From contig JBDRCB010000009.1 in the NCBI GenBank assembly GCA_043822125.1, forward strand, positions 79,736 through 143,735: DNA of 64,000 bases, in the 5' to 3' direction. A model generated the notes under the pieces. That model was not told where the DNA came from, ran no database searches, and worked only from the letters and a program-made list of their open reading frames with translations. The stretch is from an archaeon. Lineage in GTDB: Archaea > Nanobdellota > Nanobdellia > Pacearchaeales > GW2011-AR1. How positions within the stretch are numbered: position 1 is the stretch's first letter; each line of letters opens with the position of its first letter. The position numbers and the translations under genes were made by a program. Shown piece after piece: positions 1 through 9,154 of the stretch.

Positions 1-1
1 A

Positions 2-286
2 AAAGAACTTGAGGAAGTTGAAAATTTAGTCAATGCAGAAATACAAAAATCCTGCGAGGTTGTAAAAAAAGAAATGTCTCCTGAACTTGCAAAAAAGCAG
101 GGGGCACTTGGAATTTTCGAGGAAAAATATAAAGAAAAAGTTTCAGTTTATTCTATAGGAGATTTTTCAAAGGAAATCTGTGCAGGCCCTCATGTTAAAA
201 ACACCTGCGAACTCGGGCACTTTAAAATTCTAAAAGAAGAATCTTCAAGCCAGGGAGTAAGAAGAATAAAAGCTATTTTAGAATAA
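2..286 (+). CDS. Alanyl-tRNA synthetase / AlaX-type editing domain, C-terminal fragment (5' end lies outside the window)
   Basis: The frame is open from the window edge. GALGIFEEKY...ICAGPHVKNTCELGHFKI...GVRRIKA matches the AlaRS editing-domain C-terminal block. The protein stops right after it, with no C-Ala domain. Confidence 0.6.
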   Translation, partial: KELEEVENLVNAEIQKSCEVVKKEMSPELAKKQGALGIFEEKYKEKVSVYSIGDFSKEICAGPHVKNTCELGHFKILKEESSSQGVRRIKAILE

Positions 287-1117
287 AAAATCAACAGATT
301 TCCCGTCTGAAATAAAAATTATTTCTGGTTTTGAAATTAGCTCAACCTCCAATGACGTTGTGGTTTCTATATAACAATATCCATCGTAGCTGTTTTTGTT
401 GGTGCATTTTACTCCAACAGCCTCGTGATTTTCAAAAGGATAATAATAGATAACAACCCCATATCCTAATTCTTTGAGCAGAAACGCAAGCAATTCAGAT
501 CTTTCTCCGCAAATTCCCTCTTTATCATAAAGAACTTCATAAGGATATCTTGAATAATTTAATTCCTTTCCGTAAAAAAGATCTTTTTTATTTGAGATTC
601 CATAAGGAATATTTTGCACCAGACTCACTGCAATTTTAAACTGCTCTTTTTTATTTGAAGCAAGATTCTGAATTTCAACAAGAAGAGGCAGAAGCATCTC
701 TCTTTGATTTTCTTCATTAATACTTTTTAATTTAAAATTTTCTCTTGAGATATTATTCCCGTCAATAGGCTTCATTTCTTTTGAAAAGCTCTGAAGATAA
801 TCAACAAACCCCTCATAAACTATAAAATCAATTTTGCTCTCTTTGTTATTCAGAAAATACAAAAAGTCCCTGTTTTCAGATGTTGTTTTGTAATCAGAAA
901 AACATTTCTCTACCTGTATTTCAAAATTTTCAGGGCAGCCACATACAAATGCTTTCTCGACTAAAACACCTCTGTCGCAAAAATAAGGTCTATTCTCTGA
1001 ACAGAAACCATAAAATGTCCCGTCACCACATTCAAATTTCATACTAAAAAAATAAACCCCAAGAAAAATCAAAACCGCTGTTGCAATAATCCCAATCAGA
1101 AAATACCACCACTTCAT
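278..1117 (-). CDS. Membrane-anchored transglutaminase-like (Cys-His fold) protein
   Basis: 279-aa ORF with an N-terminal TM helix. GICGERSELLAFLLKELGYGVVIYYYPFENHEAVGV resembles the transglutaminase-like core (Cys...His). Confidence 0.45.
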   Translation of the reverse strand: MKWWYFLIGIIATAVLIFLGVYFFSMKFECGDGTFYGFCSENRPYFCDRGVLVEKAFVCGCPENFEIQVEKCFSDYKTTSENRDFLYFLNNKESKIDFIVYEGFVDYLQSFSKEMKPIDGNNISRENFKLKSINEENQREMLLPLLVEIQNLASNKKEQFKIAVSLVQNIPYGISNKKDLFYGKELNYSRYPYEVLYDKEGICGERSELLAFLLKELGYGVVIYYYPFENHEAVGVKCTNKNSYDGYCYIETTTSLEVELISKPEIIFISDGKSVDFLF

Positions 1118-1179
1118 TAATAAAAAACAAAAGAGAAATATAAAAAACTATCTAATAACCTCTTTAATATAACAATATA

Positions 1180-3627
1180 CTACTCAAGATAAACCGCAGG
1201 TTTTCCAGGCTTGGATTTTTTCGCCTTGTTTTCAGGATCATATTTTTCTTTTCTATTTATTGCAAAAATTTCCACATCAAGCCCAGTTTTCTTTTTTATT
1301 TGTTCTAAATTTCCAGAATAAATTCCCAACTCACTCGGAATTGTATAAACATAAACTTTCTTCTTTTCTCCAACTATCTTCAAAATATTCAAAATATCTC
1401 CTGCGAGTTTTTCAATTGCCTGCTCCTGCTTCTCAAATTCATCATTAATTTTTTTCTCTTCGGCAATAGGCCATTCAGCAAGAGAGATAAAACCTTTTCC
1501 TCCAATTTTCTCCCAAAGCTCCTCGGTAATATGCGGGCAGAATGGATGAAGAATTTTCAGACTTTTTTCTAAAATATCTTTTGAAACCTCTGAAGGTAAA
1601 GACTCAAATAAATCTCTTATTTTAATCACAGCAAGATTATACTTAAATTCTTCAATATATTTTGTAACCTCTTTTACAGTTGCATTAAGTTTGCTTTCTG
1701 TCCTAGCGTCAGATTTTTTCACAATTTTAACTCTATTTAAGTAATTTATAATTTTCTTAATAAACCTAAAAGAACCCTCGATTCCTTTATCACTCCAGTT
1801 TATATTTTTATCAGGGGATGCAATTGAAATTAAAAAAAATCTTGCAGTATCTATACCGTATTTTCTGCTGATAGTTTCAGGGAGTATAACATTCCCCTTT
1901 GACTTTGACATTTTCTCTCCATCATAACCATGCAACATTCCTTGATTAAATAATTTTAAAAATGGCTCGTCAAATTTTACAAATCCCATATCCCTCAAAG
2001 CCTTTGTAAAAAACCTGGAATAAAGCAGGTGAAGACATGCATGCTCTGCCCCGCCAATATACTGGTCAACAGGCATCCAGTAGTCAACTTTCTTTTTATC
2101 AAATGGCTCTTTTGGGTTTTTATTATCGCAAAACCGCATATAATACCAGCTTGAATCAAAAAAAGTATCCATAGTGTCTGTTTCCCGTCTGGCTTTTGCA
2201 TTGCATTTTGGACATTTCACATTAACAAATTTTTCATTTGTTGCGAGAGGGTTTCCTTTTCCAAATTTAACATCCATTGGCAGTTTCACAGGCAAATCTT
2301 TTTCAGGAACAGGGACAACACCACATTTATCGCAATAAATAATTGGAATTGGCGTTCCCCAATATCTCTGACGAGAAATCAACCAGTCGCGAAGTTTAAA
2401 TTGAATTTTTTTTCTCCCTAATTTTTTCTTTTCCAAAAATTTCGTGATTTCTTCGCGGGCTTTTTCAGAAGATAAATCATTGAAATCTCCTGAACTAATC
2501 AAAATTCCATCTTCAACATAAGGTTTTATTTTATCTCCTTTTTCAGATTTTATAACTTCTTTTATCTCAATCCCATACTTCTTCGCAAATTCAAAATCCC
2601 GAAAATCATGTGCAGGCACACCCATAACAATTCCAGAGCCATAATCAGCAACGACAAAATTTCCTGCCCAAATAGGAACCTTCTCTTTTGTAATCGGATT
2701 AACTGCATAACTTCCTGTAAAAACACCTTCTTTATCTAAATTTTCCATTTCTTTTTCAGAAACACTTTTTATTTTCTTCAAAAATTTTTCAACTTCTTTT
2801 TTTTGTTCTTTTGTAACAAATTCCATTAAACGAGGATGCTGTGCAGAAATCACCATGAATGTAACTCCGTAAATTGTATCAGGACGCGTCGTGAAAACAG
2901 GAAATTTTTCATTTCTATTGTCAATCTCAAAATCAATTTCTGCCCCATGTGATTTTCCAATCCAATTTTTCTGCATAAGTTTAATTCTATCCGGCCATTC
3001 TAATTTTTCAATGCACTTCAAAAGCTCATCTGTATATGAAGTTGTTTTAACAAACCATTGCTCAAGAAATTTAATCTCAACATCAGTATCATTATGATAC
3101 TCGCATTTTCCATTATGAACCTGCTCGTTTGCAAGAACAGTATTGCACTTCGGACACCAATTCACAGTAGATTTTTTCTTATATGCAAGCCCTTTCTCAA
3201 AAAATTTCAAAAAGAAAAACTGATTCCATTTATAATACGAAATATCGTGGCTCATAAGAATTCTGTTCCAATCATAGCTTAAACCAAGATCACGCATTTG
3301 AACAATATAATTTTTAATCGCCTGTTTTGTAAATTTTTTCGGATGAGATTTTGCCCTTATAGCTGCATTTTCAGCAGGAAGTCCAAAGCTGTCAAAACCC
3401 ATAGGATAGAGAACATTAAATCCCTTCATTCTTTTAAATCTCGCCAAAATATCTCCAAGTGTGTAATTAAAAGCATGTCCCATATGCAAACCTGAAGCAG
3501 AAGGATAGGGGTACATCTCAAGAACATAAAAATTTTTTTTCTTAGAATTTTCCTTAGCTTCAAAAACTTTTTTTTCCTCCCACTTCTTCTGCCATTTCTT
3601 TTCTATTCTTCTAAAGTCAGTTTCCAT
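1180..3627 (-). CDS. leuS: Leucyl-tRNA synthetase, bacterial-type architecture
   Basis: 815 aa with HMGH and KMSKS motifs. [48 protein letters not shown] and [16 protein letters not shown] are collinear with bacterial LeuRS. A TATA core sits 29 nt upstream of the ATG. Confidence 0.95.
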   Translation of the reverse strand: METDFRRIEKKWQKKWEEKKVFEAKENSKKKNFYVLEMYPYPSASGLHMGHAFNYTLGDILARFKRMKGFNVLYPMGFDSFGLPAENAAIRAKSHPKKFTKQAIKNYIVQMRDLGLSYDWNRILMSHDISYYKWNQFFFLKFFEKGLAYKKKSTVNWCPKCNTVLANEQVHNGKCEYHNDTDVEIKFLEQWFVKTTSYTDELLKCIEKLEWPDRIKLMQKNWIGKSHGAEIDFEIDNRNEKFPVFTTRPDTIYGVTFMVISAQHPRLMEFVTKEQKKEVEKFLKKIKSVSEKEMENLDKEGVFTGSYAVNPITKEKVPIWAGNFVVADYGSGIVMGVPAHDFRDFEFAKKYGIEIKEVIKSEKGDKIKPYVEDGILISSGDFNDLSSEKAREEITKFLEKKKLGRKKIQFKLRDWLISRQRYWGTPIPIIYCDKCGVVPVPEKDLPVKLPMDVKFGKGNPLATNEKFVNVKCPKCNAKARRETDTMDTFFDSSWYYMRFCDNKNPKEPFDKKKVDYWMPVDQYIGGAEHACLHLLYSRFFTKALRDMGFVKFDEPFLKLFNQGMLHGYDGEKMSKSKGNVILPETISRKYGIDTARFFLISIASPDKNINWSDKGIEGSFRFIKKIINYLNRVKIVKKSDARTESKLNATVKEVTKYIEEFKYNLAVIKIRDLFESLPSEVSKDILEKSLKILHPFCPHITEELWEKIGGKGFISLAEWPIAEEKKINDEFEKQEQAIEKLAGDILNILKIVGEKKKVYVYTIPSELGIYSGNLEQIKKKTGLDVEIFAINRKEKYDPENKAKKSKPGKPAVYLE

Positions 3628-3633
3628 ATTATA

Positions 3634-3900
3634 TTAACGGCGAAGTGTATTTAAAATGTTTCCACCAGAAGGATGAAAAGTCGGCTCTCCATAATTTATA
3701 TGAAATCTATTTCGAGAAAATGTATTAAAAGTTATTGATACAGCCCCTTCTGGAAGTTCTAAAATATCGCCGTTTGAAGAGAAAGGAATATCATCAAAAA
3801 ATCTGACAAGTCCTGATTTTAGTCTATAATTGCGTGCACCTTCTGGGATTTTAATATTCTCTCCTTTTTCAATCTTAATAGAACAAATATATTCAGTCAT
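3634..3900 (-). CDS. Hypothetical protein (88 aa)
   Basis: ORF preceded by AGGAGG about 14 nt upstream of the ATG and a TATA-like box further upstream. No recognisable family. Confidence 0.4.
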   Translation of the reverse strand: MTEYICSIKIEKGENIKIPEGARNYRLKSGLVRFFDDIPFSSNGDILELPEGAVSITFNTFSRNRFHINYGEPTFHPSGGNILNTLRR

Positions 3901-4138
3901 CTCAATTGCAAAAACCTCCTTTCAATTTCAAATTAATATAAAAATTTTGAGCCATTTTATTTAGGAAAATTTAAAATAGCCCTTATAACAGAGCAATGAC
4001 TAACACAATAATCAGAATCAAAATGTTTTGCATTAGTCTCATAATCATAATTTAGAAAAAGGAGTTTTTAAATTCTTTTATCTCGCAATTAACTCTGCTT
4101 TTCCAAATCTTTAAATAATCTTTTAATTTCATTTTAAG

Positions 4139-4657
4139 ATGGACAAAATACCTGCATATCTAAGCGGAAAAATTATCGCCAGCAATGATTCTAAAGCACA
4201 TGCTCTTCATAACAAAAGCCACTTTGGAGAGAAAACCGACGACAAAATACAATACACTCTATCTGAAGCATTTTTTCTCGTTGAAAAAGACAAGATGGAG
4301 ATTTTTTCGCAGAATAAAAAATTATCAAAAAACGAGATTCAAAACAGATTAAGCAGAATAGATAAAAGGTTTTTTCTTAAATACTCTGTCTTCAAAGATT
4401 TGCGAGAAAAAGGATATATAGTAAAAACAGCACTAAAATTTGGAGCTGACTTTCGTGTCTATGATAAAGGGAAAAAACCTGGCGATAAGCATGCTAAATG
4501 GATTGTATTTGTAGAACATGAATCGCAAAAACTCGCATGGCATGAATTTTCCGCGAAGAATCGCGTCGCGCATTCCACTAAAAAAAACCTGCTGATTGCA
4601 ATTATAGACGAAGAAGGAGACATAACTTATTATGAAGTAAGATGGGTGAAGCCATAA
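4139..4657 (+). CDS. endA: tRNA-splicing endonuclease, short (alpha4-type size) subunit
   Basis: 172 aa. LREKGYIVKTALKFGADFRVYDKG...HAKWIV is the EndA catalytic-domain signature. The TATA core tttaaata lies exactly 29 nt upstream. Confidence 0.85.
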   Translation: MDKIPAYLSGKIIASNDSKAHALHNKSHFGEKTDDKIQYTLSEAFFLVEKDKMEIFSQNKKLSKNEIQNRLSRIDKRFFLKYSVFKDLREKGYIVKTALKFGADFRVYDKGKKPGDKHAKWIVFVEHESQKLAWHEFSAKNRVAHSTKKNLLIAIIDEEGDITYYEVRWVKP

Positions 4658-4691
4658 CAAATTTTATAATAGAAACAATTCTCTTAAAATC

Positions 4692-5525
4692 ATGCCTGTT
4701 CAAGATGCGTCGCAGATAAAAGAAAAGATAATCCAAACTATAAATATAAAGGGACCGAGCCTTCCTGTTCATTTAGCAAGTGCATGCGGGCAGAGTATTC
4801 TCTTCACTTCTGCATTTTTATCTGAGTTATTCTCTGAAAAGAAGATAAAAATCAGCAATCTGCGTGTTGGAAGCTCTCCTATTTATTTTCTTCCTGGACA
4901 GGAGCCGATGCTGGAAAATTTTTCACAATATCTTAAAAGCAGAGAAAAAGAAGCATATCTTCTGCTTAAAGGAAAAAAATCTTTAAAAGATGAAGAGCAA
5001 GAACCTGCAATCCGCGTTGCATTGAGAGCAATTAGAGATTTTGCAATTCCGTTTGATAGAAGCGGGGAGATTTATTGGAGGTATTTTACTGCTTCTGAAG
5101 AAGAAATTCAAGGAGAAAAGCCAAAAATTAAAGAAGAAGAAAAAGGAAAAATCTCCAAAGAACTTGAAATTTTTGAGAAGCCTAAGCAAAAAAAGAAGCA
5201 GGTGAAAAAAAAGTCTTCTGCAAAAAATGAAAAATTTTTCGAGAGAGTCAAAGAATTTTTATCAAAAAAAGAAATCCAAATCTTAAATATAGAAAATTTC
5301 AGGAAAGATGAACTGCTTTTAAGAGCAAAAGAGAATGAAGAAGAAAAATTGTTTATAATATATAATAAAAAAAGAATAACAGAATCGGATATAGTCTCTG
5401 CCTATAAAAAAGCCTTAGAATTCAATTTAAAATATGTAGTTTTAAGTTTTGGAGAACCTGCAAAAAAACTCGACAATTTCATCAAAGCAGCAAAAAATCT
5501 GTCAAAAATAGAAAAAATAGAATAA
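4692..5525 (+). CDS. Hypothetical protein with a Lys/Glu-rich central linker
   Basis: 277-aa ORF with coding-like composition. The N-terminal globular part may be a winged helix; no family recognised. Confidence 0.55.
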   Translation: MPVQDASQIKEKIIQTINIKGPSLPVHLASACGQSILFTSAFLSELFSEKKIKISNLRVGSSPIYFLPGQEPMLENFSQYLKSREKEAYLLLKGKKSLKDEEQEPAIRVALRAIRDFAIPFDRSGEIYWRYFTASEEEIQGEKPKIKEEEKGKISKELEIFEKPKQKKKQVKKKSSAKNEKFFERVKEFLSKKEIQILNIENFRKDELLLRAKENEEEKLFIIYNKKRITESDIVSAYKKALEFNLKYVVLSFGEPAKKLDNFIKAAKNLSKIEKIE

Positions 5526-5594
5526 TATTACCTAGCAGATTTTTACTTAAGGAAATACAAAAATATTTAAAAACTAAAAATTAAACACTTTAAC

Positions 5595-5801
5595 ATGGGA
5601 AAAATAAAATCTAAAATGATTAAAAAATCAGCTGAAAGATTAATAAAAGAAAATATAGACTTTGAAGGTGAGTTTGATAGGAATAAAAAAATTCTAGGAA
5701 GCACCATGCCAAGTAAAAAATTAAGAAACCGCTTGGCTGGATATATCGCAAGGTTGAAAAAACAGGAAAAGAAAAAACAGGAAATTCTCTCAATTAAATA
5801 A
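5595..5801 (+). CDS. rps17e: Ribosomal protein eS17 (S17e)
   Basis: MGKIKSKMIKKSAERLIKEN...PSKKLRNRLAGYIARLKK matches the S17e N-terminal and central motifs. Confidence 0.85.
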   Translation: MGKIKSKMIKKSAERLIKENIDFEGEFDRNKKILGSTMPSKKLRNRLAGYIARLKKQEKKKQEILSIK

Positions 5802-6026
5802 AACAAGAGAAATAGGCATCGCAGAAGTTATCAGAAAAAATTTCTAAAAGACAAAGATATAAAAATAGAGAACATAAAAATCAATAGTGAAGAATTTGAA
5901 AACAAGGACAAAAAGACAACTGTATCTATTATTGAAATAATACTAAACAAATAGTCTTATTTTTTAGATTTATTTATTCTTAATAAGAACCTCAAAACTT
6001 TTAAATTATACTCTTTTAATAATCTT

Positions 6027-6182
6027 GTCTCTGTAGCTCAGTCGTCAGAGCGCTGCTCTCATGAGTGTGAATTTTAATTCGCATACATTGAAGGGAAAAT
6101 TTTCGATTTCCAGTCTATGAGTCTTTTGTATTTCAAATACTGAGAAAGGCAGAGGTCAGGGGTTAAAATCCCCTCAGAGACA
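6027..6182 (+). tRNA. tRNA-Met (CAT; elongator Met or Ile2 type) with an 83-nt intron at 37/38 (intron 6064..6146)
   Basis: Hand-folded cloverleaf: acceptor GTCTCTG/CAGAGAC, anticodon stem CTGCT/GGCAG, loop CTCATG|A, T arm AGGGG-TTAAAAT-CCCCT. Canonical bulge-helix-bulge: central helix CTCA/TGAG, 3-nt bulges TGA and AAA, outer helix GTGT/ATAC. Confidence 0.9.
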
Positions 6183-6221
6183 TTCATTGTCCCTGCTCAC
6201 AAATTCACGAAATCAAAAACA

Positions 6222-6482
6222 TTATCTTCTCTCTTTATTTTGCTGTAAAAAAATAAGAAAATAATAAAAAATAGAACCAATCAGTGGAAGGAATATTAAG
6301 ATTAAAATCCATCTTATTTTTCTATTTTTACTCATAGAATTTTTTTTAATGCAATTAAAAATCATAAAAATCCACAAGATAAGAAGGAAAACTGCAAAAG
6401 CCAAAAGCACAAAGAACAACAAGATTAAAACAGGCATTAGAATATAAATCACACTCTCCATAAAATTAAACAGAAAAAGCAT
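6222..6482 (-). CDS. Small membrane protein, PLD-nuclease N-terminal (PLDc_N)-like
   Basis: 86 aa with two TM helices. WILILIFLPLIGSIFYYF resembles the PLDc_N motif. Confidence 0.5.
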   Translation of the reverse strand: MLFLFNFMESVIYILMPVLILLFFVLLAFAVFLLILWIFMIFNCIKKNSMSKNRKIRWILILIFLPLIGSIFYYFLIFLQQNKERR

Positions 6483-6498
6483 TTAAATTACTTTTTAA

Positions 6499-6846
6499 TC
6501 AATTGAAAATTTTCAATCCGTCATCCTTTTTTCTTGGGATAATATGAAAATGAATATGCCCAACTATCTGCCCTCCTGCCTCGAAACCATTATTTACTAT
6601 ATTAAATCCATCGCAGTTTTCTCTTTTCATAATTTTACTTGTTGTTTTTTTAAGGCAGTCAATAAGCTCTTCTCCTGTATTTTCAGGTAGATTAAATAAT
6701 GTGTCATAATGCTCTTTAGAAATAACTAGCGCGTGTCCTTCAACAATCGGGTCAATATCAAAAATAGAAAAAAATTTCTTATTTTCATAAATTTTTTCAG
6801 TAGGAACCTTTCCTCCGGAAATTTTGCAGAAGATACAATCTTTCAT
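6499..6846 (-). CDS. HIT-family nucleotide hydrolase/transferase
   Basis: CIFCKI...VEGHALVISKEH...GQIVGHIHFHIIPR contains the histidine triad. I chose the ATG at 6846 because a TATA core lies 29 nt upstream; the track start at 6867 is a TTG. Confidence 0.85.
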   Translation of the reverse strand: MKDCIFCKISGGKVPTEKIYENKKFFSIFDIDPIVEGHALVISKEHYDTLFNLPENTGEELIDCLKKTTSKIMKRENCDGFNIVNNGFEAGGQIVGHIHFHIIPRKKDDGLKIFN

Positions 6847-6933
6847 AAAAACAAATACAATTTGCAATTTAAAAATCTAATGTATAAAAAGATTCCCAAG
6901 TAACATATTAAAAAATAAAAATAAAAAATTAGA

Positions 6934-7005
6934 TTATCTTTTCTTTTTTTTCTTTTTTGTTGTTTTTTTAGCTGTTTTTTTCTTAGCAGCTTTTTTCTTT
7001 GCCAT
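6934..7005 (-). CDS. 23-aa poly-lysine micro-ORF (MAKKKAAKKKTAKKTTKKKKKKR)
   Basis: Below the ORF-track size cutoff. ATG preceded by aaaGAGGTtattgat (SD-like, 7-nt spacer) and TATA-like boxes further upstream. Confidence 0.35.
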   Translation of the reverse strand: MAKKKAAKKKTAKKTTKKKKKKR

Positions 7006-7088
7006 ATCAATAACCTCTTTTTTAATTAAACAATTAAAGATTTTAATATTTAAAAAACTTTTGTAAAATAAAAATAAAATAAAAATTA

Positions 7089-8792
7089 CTAATTTTTACC
7101 CTCGGGAAAATTGATAAAGGGTTTTCCTGCTTTTTCAAATTTAATCTCATTATTGATTAATTTTCCTAAAATATTTTTTAAATTAAGAATTTTTACCCTT
7201 ATTTGTCTTGCAGTATCTCTATCTCTAATTGTGGCGTCTTTGTTTTTTACAGAATCTCCGTCGACAGTTATGCAGTAAGGAGTTCCAATCTCGTCCTGCC
7301 GTGCATATCTTCTTCCAACACTTCCGCTTTCATCATAAACAACATTAAATTCTTTTTTCAACCCTCTATAAATTTTCATTGACAATTTTACAAGTTCCTC
7401 TTTATTCTTCACCAGAGGAAAAACTGCTGATTTAATCGGAGCAAGCTTTGGATGCAACTTCAAAATAATATTTTCTTTTTTTTCGTCTTTAAAAAAAGCA
7501 TCAAACATAAAAACTAAAAAAGCCCTCTCAACTCCCTGACTCGGTTCGCAGATTACATGAGGAATTAATCTTTTTCCATCGTCTTTTACAATCTCCATCT
7601 TGACTTTTGAATATTTTTGATGCTGTTTTAAATCATAATCTGTCCTGTTCGCAATTCCCTGAAGTTCTTTCCAGCCAAAAGGAAAATGATATTCTAAATC
7701 CCACGTGTCCAGTGCGTAATGTGATTTCTCTTCGGAAATATGCTGTCTGATTCTAAAATTATCCGGATTTGCCCCTAAACTAACAAACCATAAAAACTCC
7801 TGCTCAAGCCAGTAAGCATGCCAGTCTGTTTTAATAATTCCTTTTTCATAAGCATCTTTAAATTTCATTTTAACAGGCTCTTTATTCTGCCTCTGCAACT
7901 CTTCTGAATAAATTAAAATTTCTGAATTCCCTATTTTATAAGATAACTTTTCATCAGGGTCTACAAAATATTCTATCTCCATCTGTTCAAACTCTCTGCA
8001 TCTAAACAAAAAATCCCTCGGAGAAATTTCATTTCTAAAAGCTTTTCCTATCTGCGCAATTCCAAAAGGAAGTTTCAATCTTGCATTATCTTGTACTAAT
8101 TTAAAATTTGTAAAAATCAACTGCGCTGTTTCTGGCCTCAAATAAGAAGTTACAGAGTCTCCCTTAACAGGTCCTACATTTGTTGTGAACATAGGGTTAA
8201 ATTCTCCTTTATTTTCAAATTCCCCTCCGCACTTCTCACAGGAAATTTTTCCGACTTCATGTTTATCTATTTTTGTTTTATTTTTGCATTTTTTGCAAAC
8301 AACTGCAACATCAACAAAACTCGCAACATGCCCTGACGCCTCCCAAACTTTCGGATTTGTAATTATACTTCCATCAATTCCAACAACATCTTCTCTTTGA
8401 CGGACATGAAAATCCCACCACTGATTTTTAATATTATTCTTCAATTCAACTCCCAGATGCCCAAAATCCCAAAAACCAGCTAAACCTCCGTAGACTTCAG
8501 CACTTGGATAAACAAAGCCTTTTCTTTTGCAGAAAGACGCAAGTTCTTCAATAGAAATTTCTTCTTTAATATTTTTTTCAGTATTTTCTTTTTTCATTTT
8601 TTCAAAATTTTTTTTATTTTCAGAAAGTAAAGGCAAATTTTCTATAATCTGTTTTGCTTTCTTTTCAGCCTCTTCTCTGTCCTTTCCTAGATAAGCCAAA
8701 CATTTGCTGACAACCTTCCCTTCGACTCTCTTTGTCTTGTTAAGATAATAATAATCTCTTCCTGAAATTTTTTTTCTGACTATAAAAGCCAT
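7089..8792 (-). CDS. glyS: Glycyl-tRNA synthetase (archaeal/eukaryotic alpha2 type) with an N-terminal extension of about 84 aa
   Basis: FVYPSAEVYGGLAGFWDFGHLGVELKNNIKNQWW, class II motifs and a C-terminal anticodon-binding domain. A TATA core 29 nt upstream of the first ATG supports translation of the extension. Confidence 0.95.
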   Translation of the reverse strand: MAFIVRKKISGRDYYYLNKTKRVEGKVVSKCLAYLGKDREEAEKKAKQIIENLPLLSENKKNFEKMKKENTEKNIKEEISIEELASFCKRKGFVYPSAEVYGGLAGFWDFGHLGVELKNNIKNQWWDFHVRQREDVVGIDGSIITNPKVWEASGHVASFVDVAVVCKKCKNKTKIDKHEVGKISCEKCGGEFENKGEFNPMFTTNVGPVKGDSVTSYLRPETAQLIFTNFKLVQDNARLKLPFGIAQIGKAFRNEISPRDFLFRCREFEQMEIEYFVDPDEKLSYKIGNSEILIYSEELQRQNKEPVKMKFKDAYEKGIIKTDWHAYWLEQEFLWFVSLGANPDNFRIRQHISEEKSHYALDTWDLEYHFPFGWKELQGIANRTDYDLKQHQKYSKVKMEIVKDDGKRLIPHVICEPSQGVERAFLVFMFDAFFKDEKKENIILKLHPKLAPIKSAVFPLVKNKEELVKLSMKIYRGLKKEFNVVYDESGSVGRRYARQDEIGTPYCITVDGDSVKNKDATIRDRDTARQIRVKILNLKNILGKLINNEIKFEKAGKPFINFPEGKN

Positions 8793-8898
8793 AAAAAGTT
8801 TAGTAACTGCAATTATTTAAATATTACTTAAAACTTTATATAATTCTTTTGCCTTTTTGTCTTATTATAAAACAACATAAATTATTTTTTGAATTCTA

Positions 8899-9015
8899 AG
8901 CGGAGGGCGGGACTCGAACCCGCGAATACTCGCTATCTGCATTAATCACAAACTTAGTGAGGAAACAAGATTCCCAAACTGCAGGCGAGGGCAGTAGCCG
9001 CTGTGCCACCTCCGC
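8899..9015 (-). tRNA. tRNA-Cys (GCA) with an intron of about 44 nt at 37/38
   Basis: Acceptor GCGGAGG/CCTCCGC, discriminator U, anticodon stem CTCGC/GCGAG, loop CTGCAG|A, T arm GCGGG-TTCGAGT-CCCGC. Central BHB helix CTGC/GCAG with a 3' bulge ATA. Confidence 0.85.
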
Positions 9016-9154
9016 ATAAATCAGATAAGATATATTCATTTAAAATTATTGCTATAATGCCTATCTCCGAGCAATAGATAACTTATTTGGGTTGTGGAGT
9101 GTCTACAGAGGAATCATCGATAACATTTTAATATGGATTATTATTATATTCCTT

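Noticed and set aside
6064-6146. The tRNA-Met intron as a bona fide box C/D guide RNA
   Set aside because: The box-like elements (AUGAGUG/UGA, UAUGAGU/CUGA) deviate from RUGAUGA/CUGA. The spacers are 17-20 nt rather than about 12. I found no complementarity to the tRNA's own anticodon arm. It is mentioned only as a low-confidence idea.
9092-9154. The track start at 9092 for the large surface protein
   Set aside because: It is a non-ATG codon inside promoter sequence. The ATG at 9155 gives a proper signal peptide and has a TATA core exactly 29 nt upstream.
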